Below are positions 36,761 to 49,779 of a stretch of 64,000 nucleotides of DNA, in pieces. The stretch comes from Cetorhinus maximus (taxonomy: Eukaryota): the NCBI RefSeq assembly GCF_964194155.1, contig NC_135880.1, positions 114,452,001 through 114,516,000 of the forward strand. Direction: 5' to 3'. The first letter of the stretch is position 1, and each line of letters opens with the position of its first letter. The notes below the pieces were generated by a model. That model was not told the DNA's origin, did no database searches, and worked only from the letters and a program-made list of their open reading frames with translations. The translations under genes were made by a program, and so were the position numbers.

Positions 36761-38558
36761 AATTGATGCTTAAAGTTAATCTTAAATTACATTGTACTTG
36801 TAATGGTCTTGTGTATGGTGAAGAGAGCATGACATTTAGAGGACCATAGTAGTATTTACATACCATATTTTAATTTCCATTCAAGGAGCACTAGCATGGT
36901 TCCGAACTATCAGCTGTTCAGCTCCCTTTCGTTCTTGAGTATTTTTACATTTATTTCTTCCATTAAACTTGTTAGTTGCTGAACTGAATCTTCATGAAAC
37001 AAGGTCAACAATATCCAAATAATTATTCCATTTGCATTTAGTAATTCATTTACTAGTAATTTTCAAATAAGCCTTGTTTCATTAGGCTAAATTAAGCCAA
37101 GGTGCTCACATGTTAGGAACAATTAAGAATATCTATACAAAAGGTGGAGAAAGTATGGATATAAAATGGGCCTACAGGATTAAGCTAAACTTAAGCAGGG
37201 ACAGAGGTACTGGGATAAGGTGTAAAAATTAGTCCATCCACTTAGCAAGGATTGAAGTTCTAAAGTCAAGTGTCAAAATTGAAAGAACAAGTCAAATAGC
37301 AATTAGGATCTTCAGCATGGCTGTCAACGCTACTTTTTGTGTAAACATCAATTTTTCTAGTCTTCAGTTGACATAGGGACCAAGAAAATAATTTATTTCT
37401 AGATCCTAGCACAAACAGCATAGCTGAGAACTGGAAAAGCTGATTTCTGCATGAAAAGCAGATGTTTGGCAATTATGTGCATTTTTCCTATCTGTTATCT
37501 GGCCAGACGTATTTACCAGCTTCAAATCGCTATCCAACCAAATCCAGGTGGAGGATTTACTGGAGACTGACTAAAAGTGTGAAGAGGGAGGGGTTTTTCA
37601 TGATGGGAATGAATGAAAAGCAACATTTCACAGAAAAACAAACTGAATTGTTGAATGTGATCTCAAAACACTAGTAAAGATCCTGAACACCACTGTAATA
37701 AAAAAAAGGAATTTAGCTAACTCAGTTGCTTTCAAATGCTGGTCTTGGTCTAGGGTTATTTTTCAGTCTAACATTGGATTTTGAGTTAGCTGCTTTTCTG
37801 AAATTGTTCATCAGCTTTTCCCAGTTTTGCATTTCAGCATCTATGTACCAGAAATTCAGAACTGTTGTAAGGGAAGTGAGGTAGCCACCTGTAAAATCCC
37901 ATGGTAGAGATGTGTAGGCAGGTAGGCTCTCTGACTTATTGGTCAGAGGAGTAGGGGGTAATTTTGCTCTGTGCTGCCTGGGTGCTAACCTGATGGGATG
38001 GACCACATGTCCATTGTAGAAACTGACAATTTTTGCTCCATTGATTAAAAATGAAGAAATTACAAGTCACACGGGTAAAATTCAGAAATCCTTGAAGTGT
38101 CTAATCTCCATAAACTGAATAATAATTATATGTTAATGATGAAATGTTAATAAGCAAAACCTTTAAAAGCTGACCGGGGTAGAAGCACTGATGGGTGTTT
38201 TATATTCCAAAAAAACTCTCAGATGTGGAAAATTAATTCTTGAGTGTGCCAAACTCTTTGTGTTCAAAGGTCTAATGATATGAATCATGCATGAAATACC
38301 ACCTCTGACTGTACTAACCATTTTTTACACCTCAACACAAGTCTATGCATCACTCTCTTTTGAGAGCTATTCCCACAGTGGTATCTGAAGCCTTGAACAT
38401 AATGCATTTTATAATGCTTCTGTGCTTTGCAGAAATACCTGTCCCTCTTTAATATAAATACATAAAAATTAATGTAATTAAACCACTGAGTTTGGAGTAT
38501 ATTGTATATCATAGCACGCAGTATGATGCCACCTTCAGTGATAATTACTAAACTTCAT

Positions 38559-39109
38559 GGGGAGGATTTTCCCCTCGCTGGGGCGCTGAGAGCTCAGCAC
38601 TGTTGGGGTGGGGGTGGGAGGATAACGAGCGCTGAGGTTTGTGCACGTGTGGGGTGCACTCACTGAAAGCTCCCTGAAGGCACAGAGCTGTCTCAGAAAG
38701 CTGAAGATTATTAAAAACAAAATTAGGTGTTAAAACTACGGGAAAAATGTCAGCACAGCGGACTCATGCACCTTTACATGATGATTATTAAAATCCTGCC
38801 CAAACATTTAAAAAAAAATTTAATTACGGAAATGCAAAAAATGCAAAGGCAGCCTGGCCTATTCGCCTGCCTGCCAACCATAAGGTTGGACGGGCAGTGA
38901 AAAATTCAACTTAATTATCAGCTTAAGGGCTTTAATAGGCCTCTTAATTGTCAGCGGGTACGTTGCTGACTATTGCGCGCGTGTGCCCACCGACTGAAAT
39001 ATTCTGCGAGTGCGCGATGACATCGGACGCTCGCCCGACATCATCACACGCTATTTCATGCTCGGGTGTGTCGGACGCATGCCTGCACGCTGAGCTGAAA
39101 ACCCTGTCC
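38559..39109. mobile_element. Harbinger-type MITE
   Basis: Termini ggggaggatttt / aaaaccctgtcc, TSD cat, family right-half motifs. Confidence 0.85.
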
Positions 39110-40614
39110 CATATTTCTGATCTGTAAGTCACTGTTGCAACCACTTCAAACTGATAAACCATTGAAAGTTTATTTGATGGTTTACATCAAACAATGACAG
39201 AGGCAGAGATCATGCACACAGTTGCTAATGCTGAAATATCAATTCTTTAAGATTTATAGGACTAATGCAGCAAGCCTGATGATCATGCTCTACAGGCCTA
39301 TTAAAGTTTAAACAAGTTGTAAGTAAATAGTAACTGTCAAACAAAATATAAGATACCATAAGGATAAGGCCCTGAAATTCTGGGGTATCATTTCCGCTGC
39401 CAGAAGGGTGGCGAAGCAGGACCCCCACGCACTAACAGCCAAAGTCACAGACACCATCTCAAAATGCAGGGCCAAGGTCACTTCCCTGGTCTGATGTGTC
39501 CGTAGGTGTTTTGGTATTTTATCTCCCACTTTCTGATACATTCTCTTTCATGCTTAGAGTGGCATTAGTAAAGCCCGATGCTTTTAAACATATCCAACTC
39601 AAGCACAAAGATATCAGCTCATCACTGAGTTCACTTAGTCACAGAATGTGAGCTTGAGAATTTGGTGAGTGAGGGAGTTTGGTGCAGTGAGGGAGGAGGG
39701 AAGCAGGTAAGTGATTGGTTGGTGAATATTTTGCTCATTTATCTTTCAAAACTCACGTCAGCTATCAGTAATGGTAAGGTTTTATTATTAAGATTTACCA
39801 GCAGTAGTAAAGCTCATTGGGGGTGGTAGAATTTATTAATTATAAATCAATTAAGAAAATAACAATAAATGAATTAACTCATAATAAAGATGGGTGGGCA
39901 GGTGATGTGTTGTGATTGCAGAATGTGGGAATTTTTTGATCCAGGGCAAACACATCTGTAATAAGTGTCAGCGGCTTGAGGAGCTTTGTCTCAGAGTCAC
40001 AGAGCTGGAGACCGAGGTGCAAACACTGTGATGCATCAGGGAGGGGGAATGTCACCTGGACACTTTGTTTCATGGGGCGCTGGCACCAGTACTGGGCAAA
40101 GTGGGAGCTGTACGGTTGGGACAGACTTCACCTGAACCATGCTGGGACAAGTCTTCTGGCGACTGGTATACCTAGAGTGGTAGAGAGGGCTCTAAGCTAA
40201 ATAGTTGTGGAAGGGGGGAGGGATCATATGAGAGGGCTTTTAGTAAGTCAAAGGGTAACAACGAGGTAAGACAGCAAGGTAGCGATTTGGGTAAAGATAA
40301 CCAGAGTTTGGCAGGAAGAGATGGAGAGTGCAAACTTAAGGGCTGCATTTTATCCTTGGCGAGCCTGGGACCGGTCGGGAAACAGGCCCCCGCCTGCGAT
40401 CAGCCCACGACCGCGATTTCACGCTGCCTGGCAAATTACTGCCTGCCCAGCGTGAAACGCATCTTCCCAATGGTTGGGAAGGGCCAGGCTGGAGAGGGGG
40501 CCTATCGGGCTCTGGGTCCAATGGCGACCCACAAGCCAGTTTAAAAACGGCACAGGAAGCTCCTTGAAGGCTGCCAGGGAAGAACATGTCTTCTGCATTC
40601 TGGAGACCGAAGCT

Positions 40615-42482
40615 ATGGCCTCAACAGCAGCTGGAGACACCAGGACGGAGGGCAGATCAGGTGTGCACTTGGTGCCGCGCCCCCCCCCCCGACCCCAAAA
40701 AAACCCCGGTTTTCAGACGAGAGCCTTGTGGTCCTCTTGGAAGAGGTGGCTGCCAGGAGGGATACCCTTGTCCCTAGAGATGGAAGGAGGAGTCTCCAAA
40801 ACAGACAAAAAAGGCCTGGGAGGAGGTGACAGCCCAGGTCAGCAGCCACAATGTTGCAGGGTGCACATGGGTGCAGTGTTGCAAAAGGTTCAATGGCCTG
40901 CTGCTCAGGAAGGGTGAGTACCGTTGGAGCAGTGTGGTGAAGTGTTAAGAGCTGGCCATATCCCCGTGGAGCTCAGGGGTGTTAGAGTCTGAGTGCCAAC
41001 TGTCAATGGCGCTGGAGCTAGCCAAGGGGGTAAGACCTGGGTACTTGGACTGAGTGCCTTGCGGCTTGCGGGCCATGACTCAGATGTGCCCTGCGAGGTA
41101 TTCCTCAGGTGGGGCTGGCCAGGCTGCAATGGCGCTGCAGGTAGAAAGTGGACTAGTCAATACTCCTTTGTACTTTCAGGAGAAGACATGCTATAACAAC
41201 TTTGAGGGGTCACGAACAGGCAGAGGCCCCCCAAACTTCCTAATCCTAACCAGATTTGAGCAGGATGCCTTGGAGCTGGAGAGGTGCCATGCACCTCGTT
41301 CAGCTGGTTGTGGAGAGGCTGGGGTGTCAGGCGAAGGTAGGAGTGCAGTGCACAGAAGTGAGAGTTGCAGATAGTGCAAACGTTATTGTGTAGTCTCTTC
41401 ATTGATAGGAGCCTCAAAACTGTAGTCCCCATTGATCACTGAAAGATGATGGCACCATGATGCAGATCTCCACTGTCTCACTGGGGTACCTGGCATGCAC
41501 AGTGACAGTGTGATGACTTAAACTAATGACGTCGTTGTTCTCCCTTAGACTCGCCAGCAGGTACTTGTTCGCAGGACTCCAAAGAGCCACCCTTGATGCC
41601 AAAGTACTGCCGGGCTTTAGCTGCACCTGCGGCACACTCGCTCTCTGAACCAGACACCAGCACCTCAGTGGGCATTAGATCTTCGGCTAGAATGTCGGTG
41701 CACAGCAGTGAGGGCACTTCACACTCGCTTGAGGTGCAGGTGGAGGCAGAGAGTGTCCAGGTCGTCGGCAGTCGGAGGAATGCTGAAGGCCAGGACGATG
41801 CTCAGTCAAAGGCAGATGATGAGCCTCTGGAGTCATCCATTCGGTGGCAGATGCTGGATGTCCAGCGGGATATGCGGGAGGATCTGGCAGAGGTCCATGA
41901 GGGTATGCGTGCCATGGTCTCTGTTGTGGAGGAGTTCATGCGGAGCATGAGCATTGCTTTAACCCTCATGGCTGAATGCACTGCCTCCTCCACTGAGAGA
42001 GTGGCGACTCTCATGGAGAGGCAGCTCCAGGGACAGAATCAGGGGTTCCTAGGGTTGTGCTCGGACCTGCAAGCCCTCACACAGGCAATAACCTCAGGTG
42101 GTCAGTGCCAGTGTGGGAGATAGATGTGGCACCCAGTAGCCCAGCTAGGTACCCATCCATCAATGGCAAGCAGGGGGGTCCAGAGCAACCTCAGGTTGGT
42201 GGATGAGTTGCTTGTTGTCTCTACAGGCTCCTCTCAGGGCGTTCTGGATGATGGCAGCATCTCCTCCACCCTTCTGCCAGTGATTGTCGCATCTAATGAG
42301 GCTGCGATGACTGGGGAGATGCCAGCCGTGGCACTGGCCGCTCCCTCCCAGGAGGGGCCAGCATAGGCTCCACTGGCCAGAGGATGCCCACCAAGGTCAT
42401 CAAGGTTAACAAGACAGCAGAGTCAGCAGGCTGCCTCCAATGCCGGTGCCAACGAGGGGGGGGACACCAAGACGCAACATAA
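40615..42482 (+). pseudogene. Harbinger Myb/SANT-like DNA-binding protein gene, 3 exons (40615-40913, 41180-41336, 41549-~42482)
   Basis: PxFSDESLVVLLEEV..KKAWEEVTAQV..TWVQCCKRFNGL across frameshifts. GT-AG junctions agg|gtgagt, tttcag|g, aag|gtagg, ccttag|a. In-frame TAG at 42121 and 42364. Confidence 0.8.
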
Positions 42483-42822
42483 GTTGAAGGTACCATGAGC
42501 ACAAGAGGGACTGTTCACGTGTGATCTTCTGTTCTGTAATGTTTTGTTTATGTTTACTGGTGTGGAAATGAACACCAGAGATGGTAATGTTAATTTGATT
42601 TAATTGTGAAAATTATATAAATTTTGTTTTGTCCTAATGGCCTGAGTATGCTTCACTTTTTCTTTGGTACAGGGTACGCTAATATGTAATACTGGACGTG
42701 AGTGGCTCTATACTTGATTGCACAGGCATCGAGTGGATTTTGGGTTCGAATGAAAGGGTCGTTCCTGGATCCTGGATGGAGGCGGCAGCCCTGACATGAG
42801 GTGGAAGCAGACCTTTGGCAGC

Positions 42823-43999
42823 CTAGCTGAAGGAGCGTTGGATCAAGGTGTCCCTGCCTCCACACCCTCAGCCTTCTCCTCACCCCGCGCTTCTTCTGAC
42901 TGGGTTCAGCCTGTGGAGCTGCGTCAAGATCCTCTTCCTCCAGTGGGATCCCCTCTTGCCACTGCCAGATTGTGGAGAGTGCAGCATGCGACCACTATCA
43001 GTGACACCTGCTCTAGCGGGTGTTGTAGTGCAGCCCCTGAATGGTCCAGGCATTGAAAATGCATCTTCAGAAGACCTATGGTCCTCTCGCCCTTGTGGAG
43101 GCATGACTCCTATTATAACGCTGCTCTGCCTCTGTTCTTGGGTGGTGGAGAGGCATCATAAGCTGCCTTTTCAACAGATAGCCCTTGTCACCCAGCAGCC
43201 ATCCATCCAGTCGGGCTGGAGCACTGAATAACCTCAGCACCTGGGAGCGTCTCAGGATATAAGCTTCATGGGAGCTGCCAGGGTACCTTGCACAGACTTG
43301 CAGAATCTGCGTCCTGTGGTCACACACACTATCTGAGTGTTCATCGAGTGGAGTCCCTTCCTGCTAACAAAGGCACCCGGCTGACCTGCTGGCGCCTTGA
43401 TGGCCATGTGTGCAGTCAATTGCACCCTGGACGCAGGGGAACCCAGCAATCGCTGCAAAGCCCCTGGCTCGCTCAGCCAGGCTGGCCTTGTCCGTACCGA
43501 AATGAATAAACATCATTACCCGCCTGAACAGAGCTTCTGTCACCAGCTTGATGCAGCTGTGGACAGCTGATTGGGAAACTCCACAAAAATCCCCCACTGA
43601 CCCCTGGAAAGAGCCGGAGGCATAGAAGTTGAGTGCCACTGTGACCTTCAGAGTCACTGGCATGGGGTGTGCACCCACACAGCTGAAGGTGGTCTCAGGC
43701 CCAATCATATGACAAATGGAGGTCACGGTCTCCCTGGAGGTGTGGAGCCTCCTTCGGCATTGCACCTCGGACATATTGAGGTAGTTGCATCGTTGCCTGT
43801 AAACCCTGGTAGCAGGATAATGGTGTCTTCTGCGGCCCCTTCTGTCCCTTCTTGCTGGCTCTGCACCCCTTGTGCCTGTGCCTCTCCTCCCACAGATCAC
43901 TCCCCTGGAAGCTGCATTGGGACACCAGGCCCCCTCTGCCTTCTGCCCCTCTCTTTCCCCCTCAGAGGAGGTGCCTCCAGCAGAGAGCACAATCCCCAT
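42823..43999 (-). pseudogene. Harbinger (HARBI1-like, DDE_Tnp_4) transposase, frameshifted
   Basis: VALNFYASGSFQ, QGAIDCTH, SRKGLHSMNTQIV, ARYPGSSHEAYIL, GWLLGDKGY, YNRSHASTR, CTLHNL, ending DTLIQRSFS*. Confidence 0.92.
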
Positions 44000-44942
44000 T
44001 ACCAGGGTTCAGAAGGCTGTCTGATACCTGGAAGGGTCCACACAGTCAAAATCTTCTGGGGTCCCTTGGAGAAATGAAGCCTAGAAATACTAAGAATGAA
44101 GATCAGAACTGAGATGAAGCTGTCAAGTTCAAATAAGCAAACTATCTCCTAAACTCCTCACTACTCACACTGGCAATGCTGCTGACCCTTTTTATCTCGC
44201 CCTTGGATGAGGTTTTGCAAAATGTGGGCTGCCCGCCTGCCCGTTTTGCCTGTGCGACGAGTGGAAAATTGCATGGACAGTGTAAAATCTGGATCAATTG
44301 GCTTTTAAATGGCCTTAAGTGGCCTTTTAATTGATGGTAGGCGCAGCTCCGACACCTGCGCGTGCCCGCCGACCTGAAGATTGTGCTCGTGCAGGGTGAC
44401 ATTGGGACACTCGCCCAATGTCTTCTTGCTCTGTTTTACGTCCGATCGGGTCAGGCACACGCCCGCCCGCGAGACGTAAAATTCTGCCCTAAGAGTGCAC
44501 CAGCAGATAAGGCCAGAGGTTGCAAAAATAGTAAAATGACAGCATTCATAACAAAATGGATGAATTGTTAGCACAGACAGAAATAAATATACATGACCTG
44601 ATAGTCATCACAGAGTCAAGGTTGCAGGGTGACCAAAGTTGGGACCTGAATATTGAAGGGTATTTGACATTTCAAAAAGATAGGAAGCTAGGAAAAGGTG
44701 GTGAGGTAGCTCTATTAATTAAGGATGTCATTTGTACAGGAGTGAGAGATGACCTTAGCTTGAAAGAGTAAGGTGTAGAATCAGTTTGGGTAGAGATAAG
44801 AAATTGGAAAGGTAAGAGGTCATTTATGGGAGTAGTTTATAGGCCCCCAACAGTAGTTACATTATAGGACAGAGTATACAGGAAGAAATAAATAGGGCTT
44901 GTAAGAAAGGCACCACAAGAATCATGGGTGGCTTCAATCTAC

Positions 44943-46391
44943 AGGCGGAATTGTCTCAGATTTGTACAAAGCGCAGTAGCGAGTGGGAAAAATATTGTTT
45001 TACCTGCCAGCCACAATGGTAGGTTTTCACGCCATATCTTCCACTTCCTGCTTTGTTAATTTATGGAGCCCCAGGAAACATACCATCTGGCTGGTGGGCG
45101 GCTGCTGAATTGCCAGAAACGCTGTTACCTGACTCCGGGTGCCATATCTAAACTGCAGCCTCGCACACAGTTCTCAATGTTGCAGCCCAGGACTGCTTCA
45201 GTGAAGACATGGCCCTGAAAGCCAAGAAGAGTTCAGTGACCCGTCACTGGAATGCTTTTTGGAGGCCCATCGTGATGTCCTCCACCACCCCCCCCACTGG
45301 CCACTGGGGGTCCAGCACTCTTAGCACTCCGCCTTGGGACCTTGGGAGGCAGTGGCAGTGGTTGTCAGTGTCAATGCTGCACAGAAGAGGTTGGCCATCC
45401 AGTGCAGAAAGAGGATGAATGATCTCATCTGTGACGCCAGGGTAAGACAACCATCTCACCACTCTAAACTCACACACTCTTGACTTTGGAATTCTCTTCC
45501 TCAAAAGGTGGTTGAGGCAGAGTCCTTGAATATCTTTCAGACAGAGGTAGATAGATTCTTGATTAGCAAGGATATGAAAGGTTATCGTGGGTAGGTAGGA
45601 ATATTAGGTTAAAATCAGATCAGTAATGATCTTATCGAATGGTGAAGCAGGCTTGTGGGGCCAAGTGGCCTACTCCTGCTCCTAATTCATATGTTCATAT
45701 TCACTGGCATCTCACTCACTGCCAGCTCAAGTCACATCACCACTCACTCTCTCACATCTCCATCTGGCCACATCTCCTCTGGAGATTGTCTCCTCAGCCT
45801 TCACCATCTTGAGGCTACTTGCACAGATCAACATGTGCCCTCGCGCACACCCTGAGATACCCCCATTCCCCAGGACAACCTCACCCTGCAGCCTCTTCCC
45901 TTGCCTGAGGCCAGTTCTCCCCCTTCCCCAAGCAAGCCCTAAAGCCGTTGAAAATCCAACCCTCACCTCCGGCTGGTCTGGTAGGTAGAGACCTGCCCAT
46001 GAATTCCCCTAAAAGTAATGTGGTGCCATCTGTGATGCCTGATGATGATGACCATGACTGCTGTCCGAAGCAAGGTAGGCAAACAAACATTGCAGTCCTG
46101 AGCGAAATGCAGCTTGCCAGGTGCATGTCGCTTATGTACAGTTATGGAATACGTTGACATGACAGCATGGGGGCATGATTCCAGTGAGCAGGGCTTATAA
46201 CGACGTGCTAAAGTATTGAAATTAGGTTCCTGATGTGCGCGGCGGGAAACAGACCTTGCAATTGACAGGTGGAGCGGATGATCGCAAACTGGTTTCATGA
46301 GTGTAAAACCGATTTTTGGCATTCTCGCCATATTGTGCCCTCCCCAACCCGCCATGATGACCGACGCCAATGGGGCTGGAAAATTCCAGTC
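44943..46391 (+). mobile_element. Second Harbinger family deletion derivative retaining Myb exon 1; contains a CR1 tail at ~45480-45700
   Basis: TSD tac, termini aggcggaatt / aattccagtc. FSDPSLEC..WEAVAVVVSVNAAQKRLAIQCRKRMNDL then agg|gtaag at ~45442. Confidence 0.75.
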
Positions 46392-47174
46392 TACATGTAG
46401 ATTGGACAAATCAGATTGGCAAAGGTAGCCTGGAAAACGAGTTCAGTGAGTGTATGCAGGACAATTTCTTAGAGCAGTACGTTTTGGAGCCAACCAGGGA
46501 GCAGGCGATTCTAGGCCTGGTAATGAGCAATGGGACAGGGTTAATCAATAACCTCATGGTAAAGGAGCCTCTAGGTAACAGCAAGCATAACATGATAGAA
46601 TTTCATGTGCAGTGTGAAGGGGAGAAGTGTAGTTCTAAGACTAGTGTTTTAAACCTGAATAAAGGTAATTAAGGGTATGAAGACAGTGCTGATCAAAGTG
46701 AACTGGGAAACCAAGTTAAAAGTAGAGATGCAGTGGCAGACTTTTAAGGAGATATTTAATAAATCTCGGCAAAGATTTATCCCGGTAAGAAAGAAGGGGT
46801 CTTTCAGAATGATGGATCATCTGTGGCTGAATAAAGAAGTTGAGGATTGTACCAAATTGAAAGAAACACTACAAATCTGCAAAGATTAGTGGTAAGCCAG
46901 AAGATTGGTCAGATTTTAAGAACCAGCAAAGAACGTCCAAAAAAATAAAGAGAAAGGAAGTTGAGTATGACACAAAGCTAGCTAATATAGTTTAAATATC
47001 GCAAATATAAAAACAGATAGTAAGAGTTTCGACAATAATTTAAATAGGAAAAGGGTAACTAAAGGTAGTGTTGGTACTCCAGATAGAGAGACTGGGGAAT
47101 TAATAATAGAAAACAAGGAAATGGCGGAGGCATTGAACAAGTATTTTGTGTCTGTCTTCACTGTAAAAGACTTA

Positions 47175-47867
47175 GGCCTGAATTTTTCCCTCCTTGGGCA
47201 CGCACAATCGGTGAGTCCAGGAGCAGATGGGAAATGCGCTTCCGACTGCAATTGGCCCCCGACCGCAATCTTACGTTGGCTGGCCACATAAAGCAGCATG
47301 AAACATGGCCGGAGAAAAGCTCAGCACTGCCATTGGGGCCAGGAAGAGGGCGGGCGCCGATGTCACCGTGGGTGCTGGTGAGTGCTTCCACTGAGCTCCC
47401 TGAAGGCAGACAGATGCCTCAGGGAGCTGCAGACCTCCAAATAATAAAAGAAAGCACAATAATGTTGCAAAAAATGTTCATGCAGCACAATCAAGCACCT
47501 GAAAGCATACCTCTAAAATTACATTTCTGGGGACTTTTTTAATTTTTACATCCTAATGGAGATTTCATCCCGCACTTAGATGAAGTTTCATCAAAAATGT
47601 AAAGCCCGTGCTGCCTAGCCGATTGGCCCATCTGCCAGCTGTAAGGTTGGATGGGCCACGGAAAATCGCTGACAATTGGGCTGCTAATGGGCTTAATTGC
47701 CCTCTTAATTGTTGGCAGGCGTTCCTCTGACTTCTGCATGCGCCTGCCGAACGAAATATCACGCAAATGCACGATGATGTTGGGACATTTGCCCGACATC
47801 ATCTCGTGTGATTTCACGTCCGTTCGGGTCAGTTGCGCGCCTGCCCATGGGATGTAAAATTCTGGCC
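47175..47867. mobile_element. Harbinger-type MITE
   Basis: TIR ggcctgaatttt / aaaattctggcc, TSD tta. Confidence 0.92.
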
Positions 47868-48429
47868 TTAGAAAACTTCCCAAAGATACATAAAAATCAA
47901 AAGGTAAACAGCAGGGAGGAACTTAGTACAATCACCATCACCAGGGAAAAGGTGTTGGGAAAACTATTAGACCTAAAGGCTGACAAGTCTCCAGGGCCAG
48001 TTGGCTTGCATCTTAGGGTCTTAAAAGAAGTGGCTGCAGGGCTGGTAGATGCACTGGTTATAATCTTCCAAAATTCCTTAGATTCTGGATGGGTCCCAGT
48101 GGATTGGAAAATAGCTAATGTAACACCTTTATTCAAGAAAGGAGGGAGACAGGAAGCTGGAAACTAGAGGCCAGTTAGCCTAACATCTGTCATAGGGAAA
48201 CTGCTAGAATCCATTATTAAGGAGGTTATAGCAGCATATTAGAAAATCATAATGAGATCAGGCAGAGCAACATGCCTTTTGAGTTTTTAGAGGAAACAAG
48301 AAGCAAGGTCGATAAAGGGGAATAATTTGAACTCATGCACTATATTTGACGTCTTCCAGTTGATGAGTGGGTATTTATATGCCACTTTCTCAATGTTCCT
48401 GCTTCTTTAAAATACAGGCTTCATCACAG

Positions 48430-48874
48430 GTTTTCCTTTACGTTTTTTTAGGAATCCTCATCCACGAGCGGAATGAGGTTTCCTAAAGCTTTTATAAATT
48501 AAATAAAAATTTTTTTGAAAAATAAAAACATGTCCCATCTCATGTGACACAGTCACATGAGGGGACATGTTTCATTAAATTTTTATCGTACTTATTTATT
48601 TTTTGAAAAAGCGCTTCAATCTCCCTGAGACATGGAGCTGCCTCAGGGAGATTGAAGCGCTCTTTCGCGTGCATGTATGAAAGAGCACTGGACCTGACTC
48701 TCCCACCTCACCCCGTCTGCATAGGTAGCGCTCAGCGCTACTGCTCACGATCTACGCAGGGCGGGCCTTAATTGGCCTGCCCGTGTGAAATTGCGGTGCG
48801 TAGCCGATCATGGGTAGTGGTCGGCTCTGAGACTGCCCCCGCTGGGCCCGCCCGATGAATGGGAACCCTGGCCC
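48430..48874. mobile_element. Half copy of the multi-hairpin MITE
   Basis: Reverse complement of ~12111-12530. Confidence 0.85.
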
Positions 48875-49241
48875 ATGAGTACAAGAGCACGTTTACACAC
48901 CTCTTACTCTGTTAGTCTACATGCACAGCTTCCATGTCATGACTTGAGGTCTAACCAAGGTTCTGTACAACGCAAGGTTTACTTCCTCACTTTTGAATTC
49001 CAACCCCTTGAGAAAGAAGCCAACATTTTATTAGCCATTTGAAATTCTTTTTATACTTGTGTACAGCTTTTAGCAATTTATGTAGGTGGGTACTCCACAG
49101 CTCCTAATCCTTGGCCATTAAGAAAATGTTCCAATTTATCTTAGATCCAAGCCGGGTGATCTCACACCTCTCAACATGGAACTCCACCTACCACGGTTTT
49201 TTGATTGTCTTTGAATGGAGGCACGCTAAGCATCAACACAC

Positions 49242-49407
49242 AGGCAGGACTTCTGCCCGATTGAGGGGTGGAAGCCCCATCTCCAGCCACCTAATACTCT
49301 TCGGTGTGTTAAATGGCTGTGGGGCTGCCGTGATTGGGACAGATGCGTTACCTGCCAACTCTTTGAATGGTAGGGCAGGAAAACCCTCCATCTTAAAAAT
49401 CCTACCC
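49242..49407. mobile_element. Short MITE-like element
   Basis: Imperfect TIR aggcaggacttct / aaaaatcctaccc. No clear TSD. Confidence 0.4.
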
Positions 49408-49779
49408 ATGGAAGAGTAAACATTTGAAGTTGCACAAAGGCATGAACTTCAGTGTGACACACAATGTTAGATTGTTAAATTTATGTTTAATGTTTAAGCC
49501 ACATAAATATCATTAGTTTCCACCACTTTGCTATGTTGCCTACTTTTAGTTGCTGCCTGGCAGCAGTGGCCTGAAAAGTGGTCTTTTCACTTGTGATGAA
49601 CGGTAAGACAAGAATTGATGCCAATCGGTGAATACTGTGAAAGAGATGCTTGGTTTTTTGTAGGAATGTTTTGTGCTCAGAAAAGGTGGCGTGTGCAACG
49701 AAGTGGTTTTTGAATGTGGCTGTCAGATAAGTGGACAAGCTGGAACCTCGCAATAAAGAGGGAATTCTGGCCAGCAATA

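Larger units (their letters stand above)
40340..44489. mobile_element. PIF/Harbinger DNA transposon, full-length (4150 bp), decayed, two convergent genes
   Basis: Termini gggctgcatttta / taaaattctgccc, TSD TAA. Myb/SANT gene on plus, DDE transposase on minus. Confidence 0.93.
39645..48320 (+). mobile_element. CR1 LINE split by three DNA-transposon insertions (CR1 pieces 39645-40339, 44490-44942, 46392-47174, 47868-48320)
   Basis: ORF1 Zn-finger/esterase remnants (WHQYWAKWELYGWDRLHLN), APE (DLIVITES, RKLGKGGEVALLI, LEQYVLEPTREQAIL), RT (KSPGPVGLHLRVLKE..DWKIANVTPLFKKG). Pieces rejoin across the TSDs. Confidence 0.88.

Noticed and set aside
37722-38006. 94-aa minus-strand ORF with a protein-like C-terminal half
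   Set aside because: No family match, the start overlaps a MITE-like fragment, and there is no supporting exon chain.
49550-49610. Plus-strand exon-like segment ttttAG..CG|GTAAG
   Set aside because: Lies next to the decayed Harbinger remnant and probably belongs to it; no host protein match.
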